From Chloroflexota bacterium (GTDB lineage: Bacteria > Chloroflexota > Anaerolineae > B4-G1 > DUEL01), in assembly GCA_011388675.1 (NCBI GenBank), contig DROW01000174.1, forward strand, positions 1-49,723: DNA of 49,723 nt. Reading direction: 5' to 3'. A program made the translations under genes and the position numbers. The notes under the pieces were generated by a model. That model worked only from the letters and a program-made list of their open reading frames with translations. It was not told where the DNA came from and did not search any database. Below are positions 1 through 8,939 of this stretch, one piece after another (position 1 is the first letter of the stretch; every line of letters begins with the position of its first letter).

Positions 1-177
1 GGGATCGTGGTGGACGACACGCACCCCGTCCCGCTGCCGCCCGATATGCCGCCGGGCGAATATGTCCTTTCGGTGGGGATGTACGATTGGCCTGGCTTGC
101 AGCGACTCCGCGTGGTGTCCGGCCCTGCGGCGGGCGGGGACCACATCGTCCTGCAGACGATACGGGTAGAGCCGTGA
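1..177 (+). CDS. 3' end of an upstream ORF (C-terminal fragment only). Possibly the C-terminal domain of a GT-C type membrane glycosyltransferase.
   Basis: Frame 1 is open from the window edge to TGA at 175-177 (..GEYVLSVGMYDWPGLQRLRVV..IVLQTIRVEP*). The stop overlaps the GTG start of the next gene (GTGA). The product guess rests only on context with the downstream YfhO-like gene. Confidence 0.4.
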   Translation, partial: GIVVDDTHPVPLPPDMPPGEYVLSVGMYDWPGLQRLRVVSGPAAGGDHIVLQTIRVEP

Positions 178-2390
178 GGCGGAAGCACCTCGTTGGCCCT
201 GTGGTGATTGGGGCCGTCTTGTTTCTATACCTCTGGCCGGTTTGGCTGCTGGGGTACCGGTTCCCACTCGGCGGTGGAGACCTCTGGGGCCAGTTGTACC
301 CCGTCTGGTCCTTTGTCTCCGAATGGCTCCACAGGGGCGTCTTCCCCCTGTGGAACAACCGGCTGATGGGCGGAGACCCCATCATTGCCGAGTCGCAGTA
401 CGGCCTGCTGAATCCGTTGAACTGGCCGCTGTTTCTGGTGTATCCCATTCCGAGGTGGGCGGTTCTCCTGCGCGGGAGTCTTCCACTATTTATCGGGGGC
501 GTGGGGATGTACGTCCTCTTGCGCTCCCCTCGCTGGCGTCTGGGCTATGGAGCGGCCGCTATCGGTGCTGCTGCTTATGCGCTCTCCGACCCGTTCCTCA
601 CCCACCTGGGCCATCCTCAGATCAACGACGGTCTGGCCTGGCTTCCGTGGAGTTTCCTGGCCGTGGACCGGGCGGTGGAACATCGGCGTTGGGTGTTGTG
701 GACTGCCCTTCCAGTTGCTATGCTGGGACTATGTGGGCATATTCAGACGGCTCTTCTGGGAGCGGCTGCCCTGGTCCTCTATGCCTTGTGGCGGTGTCTG
801 GAACCGCCGCTTGCCTCTGCCCCCCGGCGACTTGGCTCTCTCTTGTTGACCGGTGGGATCGCCCTCAGTATGACGCTCCCCGTCCTGTTGCCCGCCCTAG
901 AGCGTTACCCGCTGAGCGACCGGGCCGGGACGCCCCTGTTGTTGGTCAGGGGTTACCACTGGCCGCCGGAAATGCTGATCGACCTCCTCTCGCCCTGGTT
1001 CCACGGTCGAGGGGTGCGGTACTTCTGGGGCGATTGGGGGCGGATAGAGAGCGCCTATGTGGGGGCGGTGGCCCTCTATCTGGCCGTCCCTGGCCTCCTG
1101 GCCGACGTCCGTCGTTCGCGTACCCGCTTTCTCTGGCTGCTGGGTGGCCTGAGTGTGCTCTTCGCTTTGGGGTTCAACGGGCCCCTGGGGCCGATGATCG
1201 CCAGGGTGGAGTTGCTGGCCCGAATGGGAAAGACCGGCCGGGCCGCTTACCTCGTCTCCTTCACGCTGGCCGTCGGTGCGGCGTTGGGGTTTCACCATCT
1301 CCGGGGTTCTGGCAGGTTGCGTCGGATCCTGGCCCTCTCATTGGCCGGAGTGGGGCTTCTGCTCTGGGCGACGGCTCCGTGGCTGGCTGCGCGCGTTCCC
1401 TCGGGCGATCCTTTCCTGCGGGCCGTCGGTGGGTTGCGGGCGGCGGCCCTGCTGGCCTGGGCGCTGATCCCCGCTCTGTTGTTCTTTTCCAACCACGTGC
1501 TCTGGCGGGCCTTCCCCCTGGTGCTTTTGGTGGCGGAGTTGGTCGCCAGCGGATCGCTGGTGGAGGTGGAACCGGTCCCCGTGCCAGCCGACCACGAGGC
1601 CGCTCTGGCTTTCCTCCAGGCCGACCCCGGCTGGTTTCGTGTGGACGTGGATCCGGAGGTGCGGAACCTGTGGCCCCCCGCGGCCCTTCAGATGGCCGGC
1701 TTCGAGGTGCCCCAGGGCACGGGCGACCCGATGGAACTGCGGGAGTTCAACGTGTTGCGCTGGAGTATCCCGTCGGCGACCAGCCCTGCCTATCGGCTTC
1801 TAGGGGTGAAATACATCATCGTCCCCAAAGGAGCACCGGTCGGCGGGGAGGGGATCTGGCCGGTCTTCGTCGACGATCCAACAGTGGACGTCCACCTCAA
1901 CACGCTGGCCCTTCCGCGCGTGTGGCTGGTCTATCGCACGGAGGTGGTGGCGGATTACGGCGAGGCCCTGGAGCGGGTGCTTGACGAAGACTTCCGCCCT
2001 GAGGAGGTCGCCGTCGTCCAGGGCGGGCCCCGCTTGGAGGAAAAGGGGGCTGGGCGGATCGAGGTGGGGTATTACGGCTCGAACCGGCTCGCTGTGTACG
2101 TGGAGACGGATGCGCCTGCCCTGCTGGTCCTTTCCGATACTTTCTACCCCGGCTGGCGTGCCGCGGTGGATGGCGAGCCGTCGCCCATCTACCAGACCGA
2201 CGCGGCCTTCCGCGGGGTTCTCGTCCCGGCCGGAAGACACCGGGTGGAGATGTGGTTCTCCCCTCGCAGCCTCTGGAGGGGACTGGGAGCGGCAGGTGTA
2301 GCCCTCCTCATCGGGCTGGTCCTCACGGTGGTGAGAGGACGGGGATCGCCCGGCGGCCCGAATCGACGGCCGGGGGGAATTACTCCTTGA
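174..2390 (+). CDS. YfhO-family polytopic membrane protein (GT-C fold glycosyltransferase-like)
   Basis: Many predicted TM helices. The C-terminal soluble part carries the YfhO-like signature FYPGWRAAVDGEPSPIYQTDAAFRGVLVPAGRHRVEMWF. I chose the GTG at 174 (VRRKHLVG..) because it overlaps the upstream stop; the R/G-rich 87-173 extension looks non-coding. Confidence 0.7.
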   Translation: MRRKHLVGPVVIGAVLFLYLWPVWLLGYRFPLGGGDLWGQLYPVWSFVSEWLHRGVFPLWNNRLMGGDPIIAESQYGLLNPLNWPLFLVYPIPRWAVLLRGSLPLFIGGVGMYVLLRSPRWRLGYGAAAIGAAAYALSDPFLTHLGHPQINDGLAWLPWSFLAVDRAVEHRRWVLWTALPVAMLGLCGHIQTALLGAAALVLYALWRCLEPPLASAPRRLGSLLLTGGIALSMTLPVLLPALERYPLSDRAGTPLLLVRGYHWPPEMLIDLLSPWFHGRGVRYFWGDWGRIESAYVGAVALYLAVPGLLADVRRSRTRFLWLLGGLSVLFALGFNGPLGPMIARVELLARMGKTGRAAYLVSFTLAVGAALGFHHLRGSGRLRRILALSLAGVGLLLWATAPWLAARVPSGDPFLRAVGGLRAAALLAWALIPALLFFSNHVLWRAFPLVLLVAELVASGSLVEVEPVPVPADHEAALAFLQADPGWFRVDVDPEVRNLWPPAALQMAGFEVPQGTGDPMELREFNVLRWSIPSATSPAYRLLGVKYIIVPKGAPVGGEGIWPVFVDDPTVDVHLNTLALPRVWLVYRTEVVADYGEALERVLDEDFRPEEVAVVQGGPRLEEKGAGRIEVGYYGSNRLAVYVETDAPALLVLSDTFYPGWRAAVDGEPSPIYQTDAAFRGVLVPAGRHRVEMWFSPRSLWRGLGAAGVALLIGLVLTVVRGRGSPGGPNRRPGGITP

Positions 2391-3078
2391 TCAACACTTC
2401 TTCCAGTTGTTGCCGCACTTCTACGGGCAGGTTCTTCCGCGCTCCCGGCCCACGAAGCCAGGACTTGACCTTCTTGCTGTGGAAAACCGGCACCGGAGGG
2501 TCTTTCAGGTCGAGCCGCACGTCCGGGTTGATGAAAAGCACCACTCCCTGGATGGGGACCTCGGTCCCGGGGAGGTGTTTCTCCAGGTATCGCTTCATCT
2601 GTTCCACCTGCGCTTCGGCGTCCAGTTCGGGCCTCCCCAGCCGTTCCTGCCCGGCCAGTTCGCGGAAGAACTTTCCGCGCTGGTAATGGCTCCACTTACC
2701 GTCGGCGTAGGTAACCTCGCCGGGCTGGGAACGCACGGCGAAGACGGTAAGCCCGTCGGGGCCCAGCAGAACGTGTGGGACCGGCAGGACGTACTGGAGC
2801 AGCGTGTATCGGTTGTCCAGCCCTTTGAGGGCGTTGCGCACCCCTTTGTAGTGGGCCGTGGGGCCGCCGAACTGCTCCATATAGTAGCCGCCGAGGTAGG
2901 AGAGGATGACGCCGATGGTTAATGCTGCGCCCAGCGCAAGGGGCATCAGGGTGGGGCTCCGGAGTTGGAACCACGAGAAGACGAAGGCCGCGAGCAGGAC
3001 GAGCAGGCCAGCCAGGCTGAGGTAGCGGCCGGCTTTGGCACGACGCTCGATGTAACGTTCGTTGGCTATGATTCGCAT
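2380..3078 (-). CDS. NERD domain-containing membrane protein
   Basis: MRIIANERYIERRAKAGRYLSLAGLLVLLAAFVF.. has two N-terminal TM helices followed by a NERD-like region (YTLLQYVLPVPHVLLGPDGLTVFAVRS..). The ATG is at 3076-3078. The 564-aa track ORF upstream of it is antisense to plsX. Confidence 0.7.
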   Translation of the reverse strand: MRIIANERYIERRAKAGRYLSLAGLLVLLAAFVFSWFQLRSPTLMPLALGAALTIGVILSYLGGYYMEQFGGPTAHYKGVRNALKGLDNRYTLLQYVLPVPHVLLGPDGLTVFAVRSQPGEVTYADGKWSHYQRGKFFRELAGQERLGRPELDAEAQVEQMKRYLEKHLPGTEVPIQGVVLFINPDVRLDLKDPPVPVFHSKKVKSWLRGPGARKNLPVEVRQQLEEVLIKE

Positions 3079-3119
3079 TGTCGCTCCTTTGACTTTCGGT
3101 GTCTCCCGTGTCTCCGTGG

Positions 3120-4154
3120 CTAGGATACGGCAGCGCGGATGGCTTCCAGTACCTCGCTTTCCACGGCCCGCCGGGCCTGCCGGATGGCGTTCTTCACCGC
3201 TTTGGCGTTGGAGCGGCCGTGGCCGATGATCACGATACCGTCGACCCCCATCAACAGGGCCCCGCCGTACTCGGCGTAGTCCATCCGGCGGACGATCCGC
3301 TTCAGGGCGGGTGCCAGGAGGATCAGGCCGGGCAGCGCTGCGATCAGCCCCGGTGCCATCAGCACCAATCCCGCCTTGCTCAGACCGCCCCTGGTCAGTT
3401 CCCGCTTCAGAAAGCGGAGCATAAACGAGGCGATGGCCTCGGTAGTCTTCAACATCACGTTGCCGGTGAAGCCGTCGGTGAGGGCGATGTCGGTCATCCC
3501 CCGCGTGATCTCTTTGGGCTCCACATTGCCCACGAAATTGAGGTCGCTCTGGGCAAGCAGGGCGTAGGCCTCCCGGACCAGGATGCTCCCCTTCTCCGGC
3601 TCCTCTCCGTTGGAGACCAGGCCGACGCGGGGGCTTTCGACCCCCCACATCCTCTGCACGTAGGCGACGCCCATCCGAGCGAACTGGAGCAGGTCCTCCG
3701 GACGACAATCCGTGGTCGCGCCGTTGTCGATGAGGAGGATGGGATCGTCGGCGACCGGGTAGATGGTCGCCAGGGCCGGACGGCGCACTTTGCCTCCCGG
3801 CCCCCGGATGCGGCCCAGGTCGAAAAGGGCCGAGGCCAGGACGGCGGCGGTGTTCCCGGCGGAGACGAAGGCTTCCGCCTTCCCCTCTTTGACCAGCCGC
3901 ATTCCCACCCGGATGGAGGAGTCTTTCTTCGCCTTGACCGCATCGGTGTGCTCGTCCATCCCGATCACCTCGGGGGCGTGGACCACGGTGAGGGGCAGCC
4001 CTGCCGTTTCGTGTTTGGAGAGTTCGGCCTTCACCGTGTCCTCCGGCCCGACCAGCAGGATTTCCTCGCCCCATTCGCGGGCCGCCATCACCGCCCCCGC
4101 CACGTCCGGCACAGGCCGATTGTCCGACCCCATCGCATCCACCACGATCCGCAT
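3120..4154 (-). CDS. plsX: phosphate acyltransferase PlsX
   Basis: MRIVVDAMGSDNRPVP.. with PlsX-like sequence over the full length (..FVSAGNTAAVLASA.., ..IIGHGRSNAKAVKNAI..). I chose the ATG at 4154 because GGAGG lies 6 nt upstream; the ATG at 4160 abuts the SD. Confidence 0.9.
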   Translation of the reverse strand: MRIVVDAMGSDNRPVPDVAGAVMAAREWGEEILLVGPEDTVKAELSKHETAGLPLTVVHAPEVIGMDEHTDAVKAKKDSSIRVGMRLVKEGKAEAFVSAGNTAAVLASALFDLGRIRGPGGKVRRPALATIYPVADDPILLIDNGATTDCRPEDLLQFARMGVAYVQRMWGVESPRVGLVSNGEEPEKGSILVREAYALLAQSDLNFVGNVEPKEITRGMTDIALTDGFTGNVMLKTTEAIASFMLRFLKRELTRGGLSKAGLVLMAPGLIAALPGLILLAPALKRIVRRMDYAEYGGALLMGVDGIVIIGHGRSNAKAVKNAIRQARRAVESEVLEAIRAAVS

Positions 4155-4245
4155 CCGCATCCTCCTTTTTCCTCTCTGTTCTCTTCTTCTGTCTTTCCCC
4201 GGGGAGGTGACAGCCGCGTCGGGATTGTACCCCGCCAGGGACGGG

Positions 4246-4273
4246 TTGACAAGTGGGGAAGGATGGTTATAAT
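4246..4273 (+). promoter_or_regulatory. sigma70-type promoter for tRNA-Leu
   Basis: TTGACA (4246-4251), 16-nt spacer, TATAAT (4268-4273), 12 nt before the tRNA 5' end. Confidence 0.5.
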
Positions 4274-4284
4274 TAGGACCGGAT

Positions 4285-4367
4285 GCCCCGGTGGCGGAAT
4301 TGGCATACGCAGCAGGTTGAGGGCCTGTGCCCGTAAGGGCGTGGAGGTTCGAGTCCTCTCCGGGGCA
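4285..4367 (+). tRNA. tRNA-Leu (anticodon GAG), class II with long variable arm
   Basis: Acceptor stem GCCCCGG/CCGGGGC with discriminator A. Anticodon stem GCAGG/CCTGT with loop TTGAGGG. Variable arm GCCCGTAAGGGCGT. T-arm GGAGG-TTCGAGT-CCTCT. No encoded CCA. Confidence 0.9.
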
Positions 4368-4388
4368 CTGGGTAGAACGTTGTGGAAG

Positions 4389-4412
4389 TAGCCTCCCGTC
4401 GGCGGGAGGCTA
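4389..4412. terminator. bidirectional hairpin between tRNA-Leu (+) and the GH13-like gene (-)
   Basis: TAGCCTCCCG-tcgg-CGGGAGGCTA forms a perfect 10-bp stem. It is followed by TCGCTTTA and lies 6 nt from the stop of the convergent gene. Confidence 0.55.
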
Positions 4413-4417
4413 TCGCT

Positions 4418-6319
4418 TTATGGGGAGGCACCGCTCCCCAGGTCGAACAGGGCACATCCGGCGGGAGGAAGGTGCCCCTCGGAGGCGCTGGAATCGCCGA
4501 GCAGGAAGCGGGCGGGGGGGAGGTGCAGGGTAAAGGACTGGGGATGGCTTGGGTCCGTGTTGATCACGATGGCGATTCCCTTCTCCCCGCTCCGGCGGAC
4601 CACGGCCCATACGTGCGGGTTGTCTGATGGCACCAGGTCGAACGTGGCGGGGTCGGGGTTCGTCACCAGATCCGCGAAGCGGCGGCGGATCGCCAGTGTC
4701 CGACGGATCCAGTCGATCAGGTGGGATTCGCTCTCCCAGCCGTAGGCAGCGGTGCTGAAGAGGGGCAATCGTTCGGCCGGATAGCGGGCCACCTCCTCAG
4801 GGGAGAAGTCCAGGCCGGTGTTGACCGGAAGGGTCTCCCCCAGTTCCAGGCCGGAATGGCAGAAAGGGATGCCGGGGAGAAGGCAGCCCAGGGCCCAGGC
4901 GGCGCGGGCGGCGGTCAAGCCGCCGGGGCGGGCTGCCGCCCGGGGGGTGTTGTGGGTCTCCGGCGCGGCGAGGAAGGGAAGGGAAAACCGTTCCCGTGTC
5001 AGCGGGCGGAGTAGACCTTCGAGCAGGAGAGAGGGACGCCAGACCAGCCACCAGTAGTTCCCAACGACGGCGTCGTACCCCTGCGCCGCTGCCTCCCCGT
5101 CGTATGAAAAGGTCTCGGACCAGAATGCGAAGCCCGGGTCGATCTGGCGAGCGGCTTCCACGATCCGGCGCTTCAGGTCCCCCGGCAGGGCGTGCCCCAT
5201 ATCCAGCAGCGCGCCGTCGATCCCGAACCGTCGCTGATAAGAAGGGATGATCTGGGTGATCCGCTGCCAGAGGGACTCCACGCGGTTCTCGGCCTGGGCC
5301 AGCCGCTCGTCGTACATCCGGATCGTGTTGTACGCGATGTAGTTGAAGTCCGGGTGATCGTACAGCCGGAGGTAGGTAACGTCCGTCCACGGCGGCTGCG
5401 GATCGTCTGGGGGCCAGTCGGCGAACGCGCCGGGGATGCGGACCCGCGTGCCATCGGGGAGGATGCCGATCCACTGTCCCCCCTCTTTGTGGACGGAGTG
5501 GGCGGGTGGGGGAGGGAGGAACATCGCCCGATAGGTGGCCGGTGGCGGAGGAAGGTCTTTCAGGTCGCCCCGGGCGACCTGCTCCTTGATCCGAGCCAGT
5601 TCCTCGGGGGGGAAGAGGGGAGGGCCGTAGCCGTTCCCTTTCGGGTCTGTTGCCTGGCGGTCGGGGATGTCGGCCCGGATCCAGTAGAACCACTCGGGGT
5701 GTTCGGCCACCCAGTCGGCGTCCAGCGCGGCGGTGCGGAGGGCGAACTCGACCACGACCCGCATCCCCAGCCGGTGGGCGGCCTCGACGAAGGCGGCGAG
5801 CTCCGTCTCCACATCCAGCCCCAGCGCGGGTTCTGCCAGAAGCGGGTCGAGTCGGTAGGGGTTCTGGACCGCGTAGATCGAGCCCAGGTTCCCCTTTTTC
5901 CCGTACTGACCGATGGCGGTGATGGGGAGGAGGTGGAGGGTGTTGAAGCCCATCTGGCGGAGCGTCGGGAGCAGGGCGATACTTTTGAGAAATGTGCCCG
6001 TTTCCCGCCACCCTCCCTCCGTCGGCTCCGGTGCGATCTCCCCATCCCCATCGTGGTCGAAGGCGGTGGTGGCGCGCACCAGGAGGCTGTACGTTACCGC
6101 TTGGCGAGACCATCCTCGCTCCCCGTCGGCAGGGGACGGGTGGGGAGGGGAGGACAGGATCTCGTTGATCCGGCGCAGGTAGAAGCGGTGGGGACGCACC
6201 GCCCGACGGAGAGGTGGTCCGTGCGGGTTGCACCACCATCCGGGGACCTCATAGCGGGGCTGATGCTTGAACGCGGCGCGGGCCAACCGATCGCGCACGA
6301 TGGAGAGGGGAGTGCCCAT
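4418..6319 (-). CDS. alpha-amylase-family (GH13-like TIM barrel) protein, GlgE/maltosyltransferase-like
   Basis: GH13-like blocks: ..GFNTLHLLPI.., ..GMRVVVEFALRTAALDADWVAEHPEWF.., ..GIDGALLDMGHAL.., ..FAFWSETF.., ..PETHNTPR... I chose the MGTPLSIV start because AGGAGA lies 5 nt upstream. The longest ORF would extend to 6358. Confidence 0.6.
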   Translation of the reverse strand: MGTPLSIVRDRLARAAFKHQPRYEVPGWWCNPHGPPLRRAVRPHRFYLRRINEILSSPPHPSPADGERGWSRQAVTYSLLVRATTAFDHDGDGEIAPEPTEGGWRETGTFLKSIALLPTLRQMGFNTLHLLPITAIGQYGKKGNLGSIYAVQNPYRLDPLLAEPALGLDVETELAAFVEAAHRLGMRVVVEFALRTAALDADWVAEHPEWFYWIRADIPDRQATDPKGNGYGPPLFPPEELARIKEQVARGDLKDLPPPPATYRAMFLPPPPAHSVHKEGGQWIGILPDGTRVRIPGAFADWPPDDPQPPWTDVTYLRLYDHPDFNYIAYNTIRMYDERLAQAENRVESLWQRITQIIPSYQRRFGIDGALLDMGHALPGDLKRRIVEAARQIDPGFAFWSETFSYDGEAAAQGYDAVVGNYWWLVWRPSLLLEGLLRPLTRERFSLPFLAAPETHNTPRAAARPGGLTAARAAWALGCLLPGIPFCHSGLELGETLPVNTGLDFSPEEVARYPAERLPLFSTAAYGWESESHLIDWIRRTLAIRRRFADLVTNPDPATFDLVPSDNPHVWAVVRRSGEKGIAIVINTDPSHPQSFTLHLPPARFLLGDSSASEGHLPPAGCALFDLGSGASP

Positions 6320-6468
6320 CGATCTCCTCATACCTGGTGTGAGGGGATTATAACACAATGTGTGGGGGGGACAACGTTCCGCGCCGCGGCCCGGACGCGA
6401 GGTCGAGTTCTATCGGTTAAGGTTGCATTACTCTAAAATAACACGGAATTTGTTTGATTAAAGATGGC

Positions 6469-6496
6469 TTGACTTCTCCTATGAAACGAGTATCAT
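6469..6496 (+). promoter_or_regulatory. sigma70-type promoter upstream of the Tad/Cpa operon, inside an AT-rich island
   Basis: TTGACT (6469-6474), 16-nt spacer, TATCAT (6491-6496). The 6360-6546 intergenic region is conspicuously AT-rich compared with its flanks. Confidence 0.45.
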
Positions 6497-6547
6497 TTTG
6501 ATTAGGATACCCGGCATCCAGTCCTGGATCTTCTGAAGGAGGAAACG

Positions 6548-7579
6548 ATGCGCGGACGCCGATCGCTGATTCTGGTTGGGTTGATCATCATCGTCGCTGG
6601 TGTGGCTGCCGTCCTTCTGCTCCCCCGTTTGCTGAAGCCTGCACGGCCCCAGCCTGCCCCGAGCCAAGAGGCTCCCCCAGAGGAGGGGGAGACGGTTACC
6701 ATCGTGGTCTCGGCGCAGAACATTCCGCAGGGCAAGGACATCACTGAGGACGCGGTCGTCCTTGAGCCGTGGCCTAGCGGGTCCGTGCCGATGGGGGCGT
6801 TCTACGAGGCCCAGGAGGTCATCGGGAAGGTGGCCAGCACTTTCATCCCTCGCGGGATGCCGATACTGGAGAGCATGCTGGTTGAACCGGGCGAACTGCT
6901 CCCCTCCGGAGGCCCGGCTGCGATGCAGATCCCTGAGGAGAAAGAGGTCGCCTACGCTCTGCCCATCTCCCGGTACACCAGCGTGGCCTGGGCGATCCGA
7001 GCCGGGGACCATGTGGACGTGTTGCTTTCCTTCCCTCTGGTGGACCTGGATGAGGAGTTCCAGACGATACTCCCCAATCAGCAAACCTGCGTCTCCCCTC
7101 CGGAGGGGGAGGAGTGTACGAGCGGCGTCCAGGGGCGGTTGGAGGCGCTGCCCAACGGATGGTTGGTGAGCATCACGCCCAGTGAGGGGCAGCGCCCGCG
7201 GCTGGTAACCCAGTTGACGGTGCAGGACGCCGTCGTGCTGCGCGTCGGCGATTGGCGCGGGACGGAACAGGAGGGGGAAGGTGGCCAGGGAGGCGCAGGC
7301 GGAGGAGAGACCGCCGGAGAGGAGACGCGCCCGCCGACCGAACTCCCTGTAACCCTGGCTGTAACCCGTCAGGAGGCGGCTATCCTGGAGTTCGCTCGGC
7401 TGAGCAACGCTCGGATCACCCTCGTGCTGCGGCGCACCGGCGAGACGGGGCAGGTGCCGGGTACGTATCCGGTGACCCTTCAGTACCTGATGAATACGTA
7501 CGGCATCGAGCCGCCGCCCAAGTTGCCCTACGGGATCAACCCACCGGTGGAGACCGGCGGAGGAGGGCCGGCCGAGTAG
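6548..7579 (+). CDS. cpaB: Flp pilus assembly protein CpaB/RcpC-like (SAF domain)
   Basis: N-terminal TM anchor (LILVGLIIIVAGVAAVLLL), then a SAF-like segment (VVSAQNIPQGKDITEDAV..) and a CpaB-type beta domain. It is the first gene of a cpaE/cpaF/tadB/tadC cluster. SD is GAAGGAGG. Confidence 0.75.
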   Translation: MRGRRSLILVGLIIIVAGVAAVLLLPRLLKPARPQPAPSQEAPPEEGETVTIVVSAQNIPQGKDITEDAVVLEPWPSGSVPMGAFYEAQEVIGKVASTFIPRGMPILESMLVEPGELLPSGGPAAMQIPEEKEVAYALPISRYTSVAWAIRAGDHVDVLLSFPLVDLDEEFQTILPNQQTCVSPPEGEECTSGVQGRLEALPNGWLVSITPSEGQRPRLVTQLTVQDAVVLRVGDWRGTEQEGEGGQGGAGGGETAGEETRPPTELPVTLAVTRQEAAILEFARLSNARITLVLRRTGETGQVPGTYPVTLQYLMNTYGIEPPPKLPYGINPPVETGGGGPAE

Positions 7580-7608
7580 GGAGATGAGGTGCCTGCAGAG
7601 GAGTAGGG

Positions 7609-8904
7609 GTGGTGGATAGATCCGAGGAGCGAATTCGCGTCCTGATCGTCGACGACGTCGCGGAGACGCGGGAGAACCTGCGCAAACTCCTTTCCTTCGA
7701 CCCTGAGATCGAGGTGGTGGCGACGGCCGCCACGGGGGAGGAGGGGGTCCAACTCGCCCGGGAACTCCACCCCCACGTCGTATTGATGGACATCAACCTC
7801 CCGGGGATAGACGGGATCACCGCTACCGAGCAGATCGTGCAGGAAGTGCCCACGGCGCAGATCGTCATCCTCTCCGTGCAGGGGGAGACGGGCTATATGC
7901 GCCGGGCGATGGCGGCCGGGGCGCGGGACTATCTGGTCAAGCCGCCGAGCGGCGACGAGTTGATCAACGCCATTCGGCGGGCCTACGAGATCGGGAAGAC
8001 CCAGGCGGCGCGCATCGCTCCTCCCACCGTCGCCCAGCCCGTCTCCGGCCAGCCCGGTCCCGCCCGACGGGGACAGTTGATCACCGTCTTCGCGCCGAAG
8101 GGCGGCGTCGGTTGTACCACCGTGGCCGTCAACCTGGCCATTGCCCTGCAGGAGCACCTGGGGGTCAGCAAGAAGGTCGCCGTGCTGGATGGCAGCCTCC
8201 AGTTCGGAGACGTGGGGGTGATGCTGAACCTGCAGACCAACCGAAGCCTTGCCGATCTGGCAGGGCGGGTCGATGAGTTGGATGCCGACCTGTTGACCAG
8301 TGTGCTGACCCCTCATCCGACGGGCATCAAGGCTCTGCTGGCCCCGCCCCACCCGGAGGCAGCCGAGAGCCTGCGGGCGGCCGAGGGGGATGAGGGAATC
8401 GGGCGGGTCATCCGGGCCGTGGTCGGCAAGATGCTCGAACAGTTCGACTACGTGGTGGCCGACACGTGGAGCTGGGTGGATGACCTGAGCCTGGCTCTGC
8501 TCGACGAGGCCACGCTTATCCTGGTCGTGCTGGACCCCTTGATCCCTGCCGTGAAGTCGGCCCGCCTCTTCCTCGACCTGGCGCGCAAACTGGATTATCC
8601 GGACGAGAAGGTGGCACTGGTGATCAACGCGGCCGATCGGCGGACGGGGTTGCGTGTGGACCAGATCGAGCGCGCGCTGATACCGGCGATCGGACACATC
8701 CCATACGACGAACGGGCCGGTTTCTCGGCCGCCAACCGTGGCGTGCCTCTGATCAGCGAGGAACGGAACAGCGCGGTGGCCAGGGGGTTCGCACGGCTCG
8801 CTCATGCCGTCCTAGAGCGGTTGGAGCAAATCGCCTCGGAAGAGGAAGAGGAAGACGTGGAAGCCGAGGTCAGTCGTCGTCTGTTAGGACGCATCCTACG
8901 GTGA
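7609..8904 (+). CDS. response-regulator receiver fused to a CpaE/TadZ-like ParA/MinD-family ATPase
   Basis: The REC domain has an acidic pocket (IVDDVAE), phospho-acceptor Asp (VVLMDINLPGIDG) and Lys (YLVKP). The ATPase domain has a deviant Walker A, FAPKGGVGCTTVAVNLA. GTG start with GAGGAG 5 nt upstream. Confidence 0.75.
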   Translation: MVDRSEERIRVLIVDDVAETRENLRKLLSFDPEIEVVATAATGEEGVQLARELHPHVVLMDINLPGIDGITATEQIVQEVPTAQIVILSVQGETGYMRRAMAAGARDYLVKPPSGDELINAIRRAYEIGKTQAARIAPPTVAQPVSGQPGPARRGQLITVFAPKGGVGCTTVAVNLAIALQEHLGVSKKVAVLDGSLQFGDVGVMLNLQTNRSLADLAGRVDELDADLLTSVLTPHPTGIKALLAPPHPEAAESLRAAEGDEGIGRVIRAVVGKMLEQFDYVVADTWSWVDDLSLALLDEATLILVVLDPLIPAVKSARLFLDLARKLDYPDEKVALVINAADRRTGLRVDQIERALIPAIGHIPYDERAGFSAANRGVPLISEERNSAVARGFARLAHAVLERLEQIASEEEEEDVEAEVSRRLLGRILR

Positions 8905-8939
8905 CAACAGGGTGGCCCAACGGGCGAAGGGGTTGAGAG

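Noticed and set aside
3079-4074. N-terminal 330-aa extension of the NERD gene in the 564-aa track ORF 2380-4074
   Set aside because: The extension lies entirely antisense to plsX and is R/G/P-rich. The NERD protein starts naturally at MRIIANERY (3078) with its TM helices.
4285-6358. tRNA-Leu as a possible integration site for a mobile element
   Set aside because: There is no integrase, no direct repeat of the tRNA 3' end and no compositional shift downstream. The adjacent gene is an ordinary GH13-like enzyme separated from the tRNA by a terminator hairpin.
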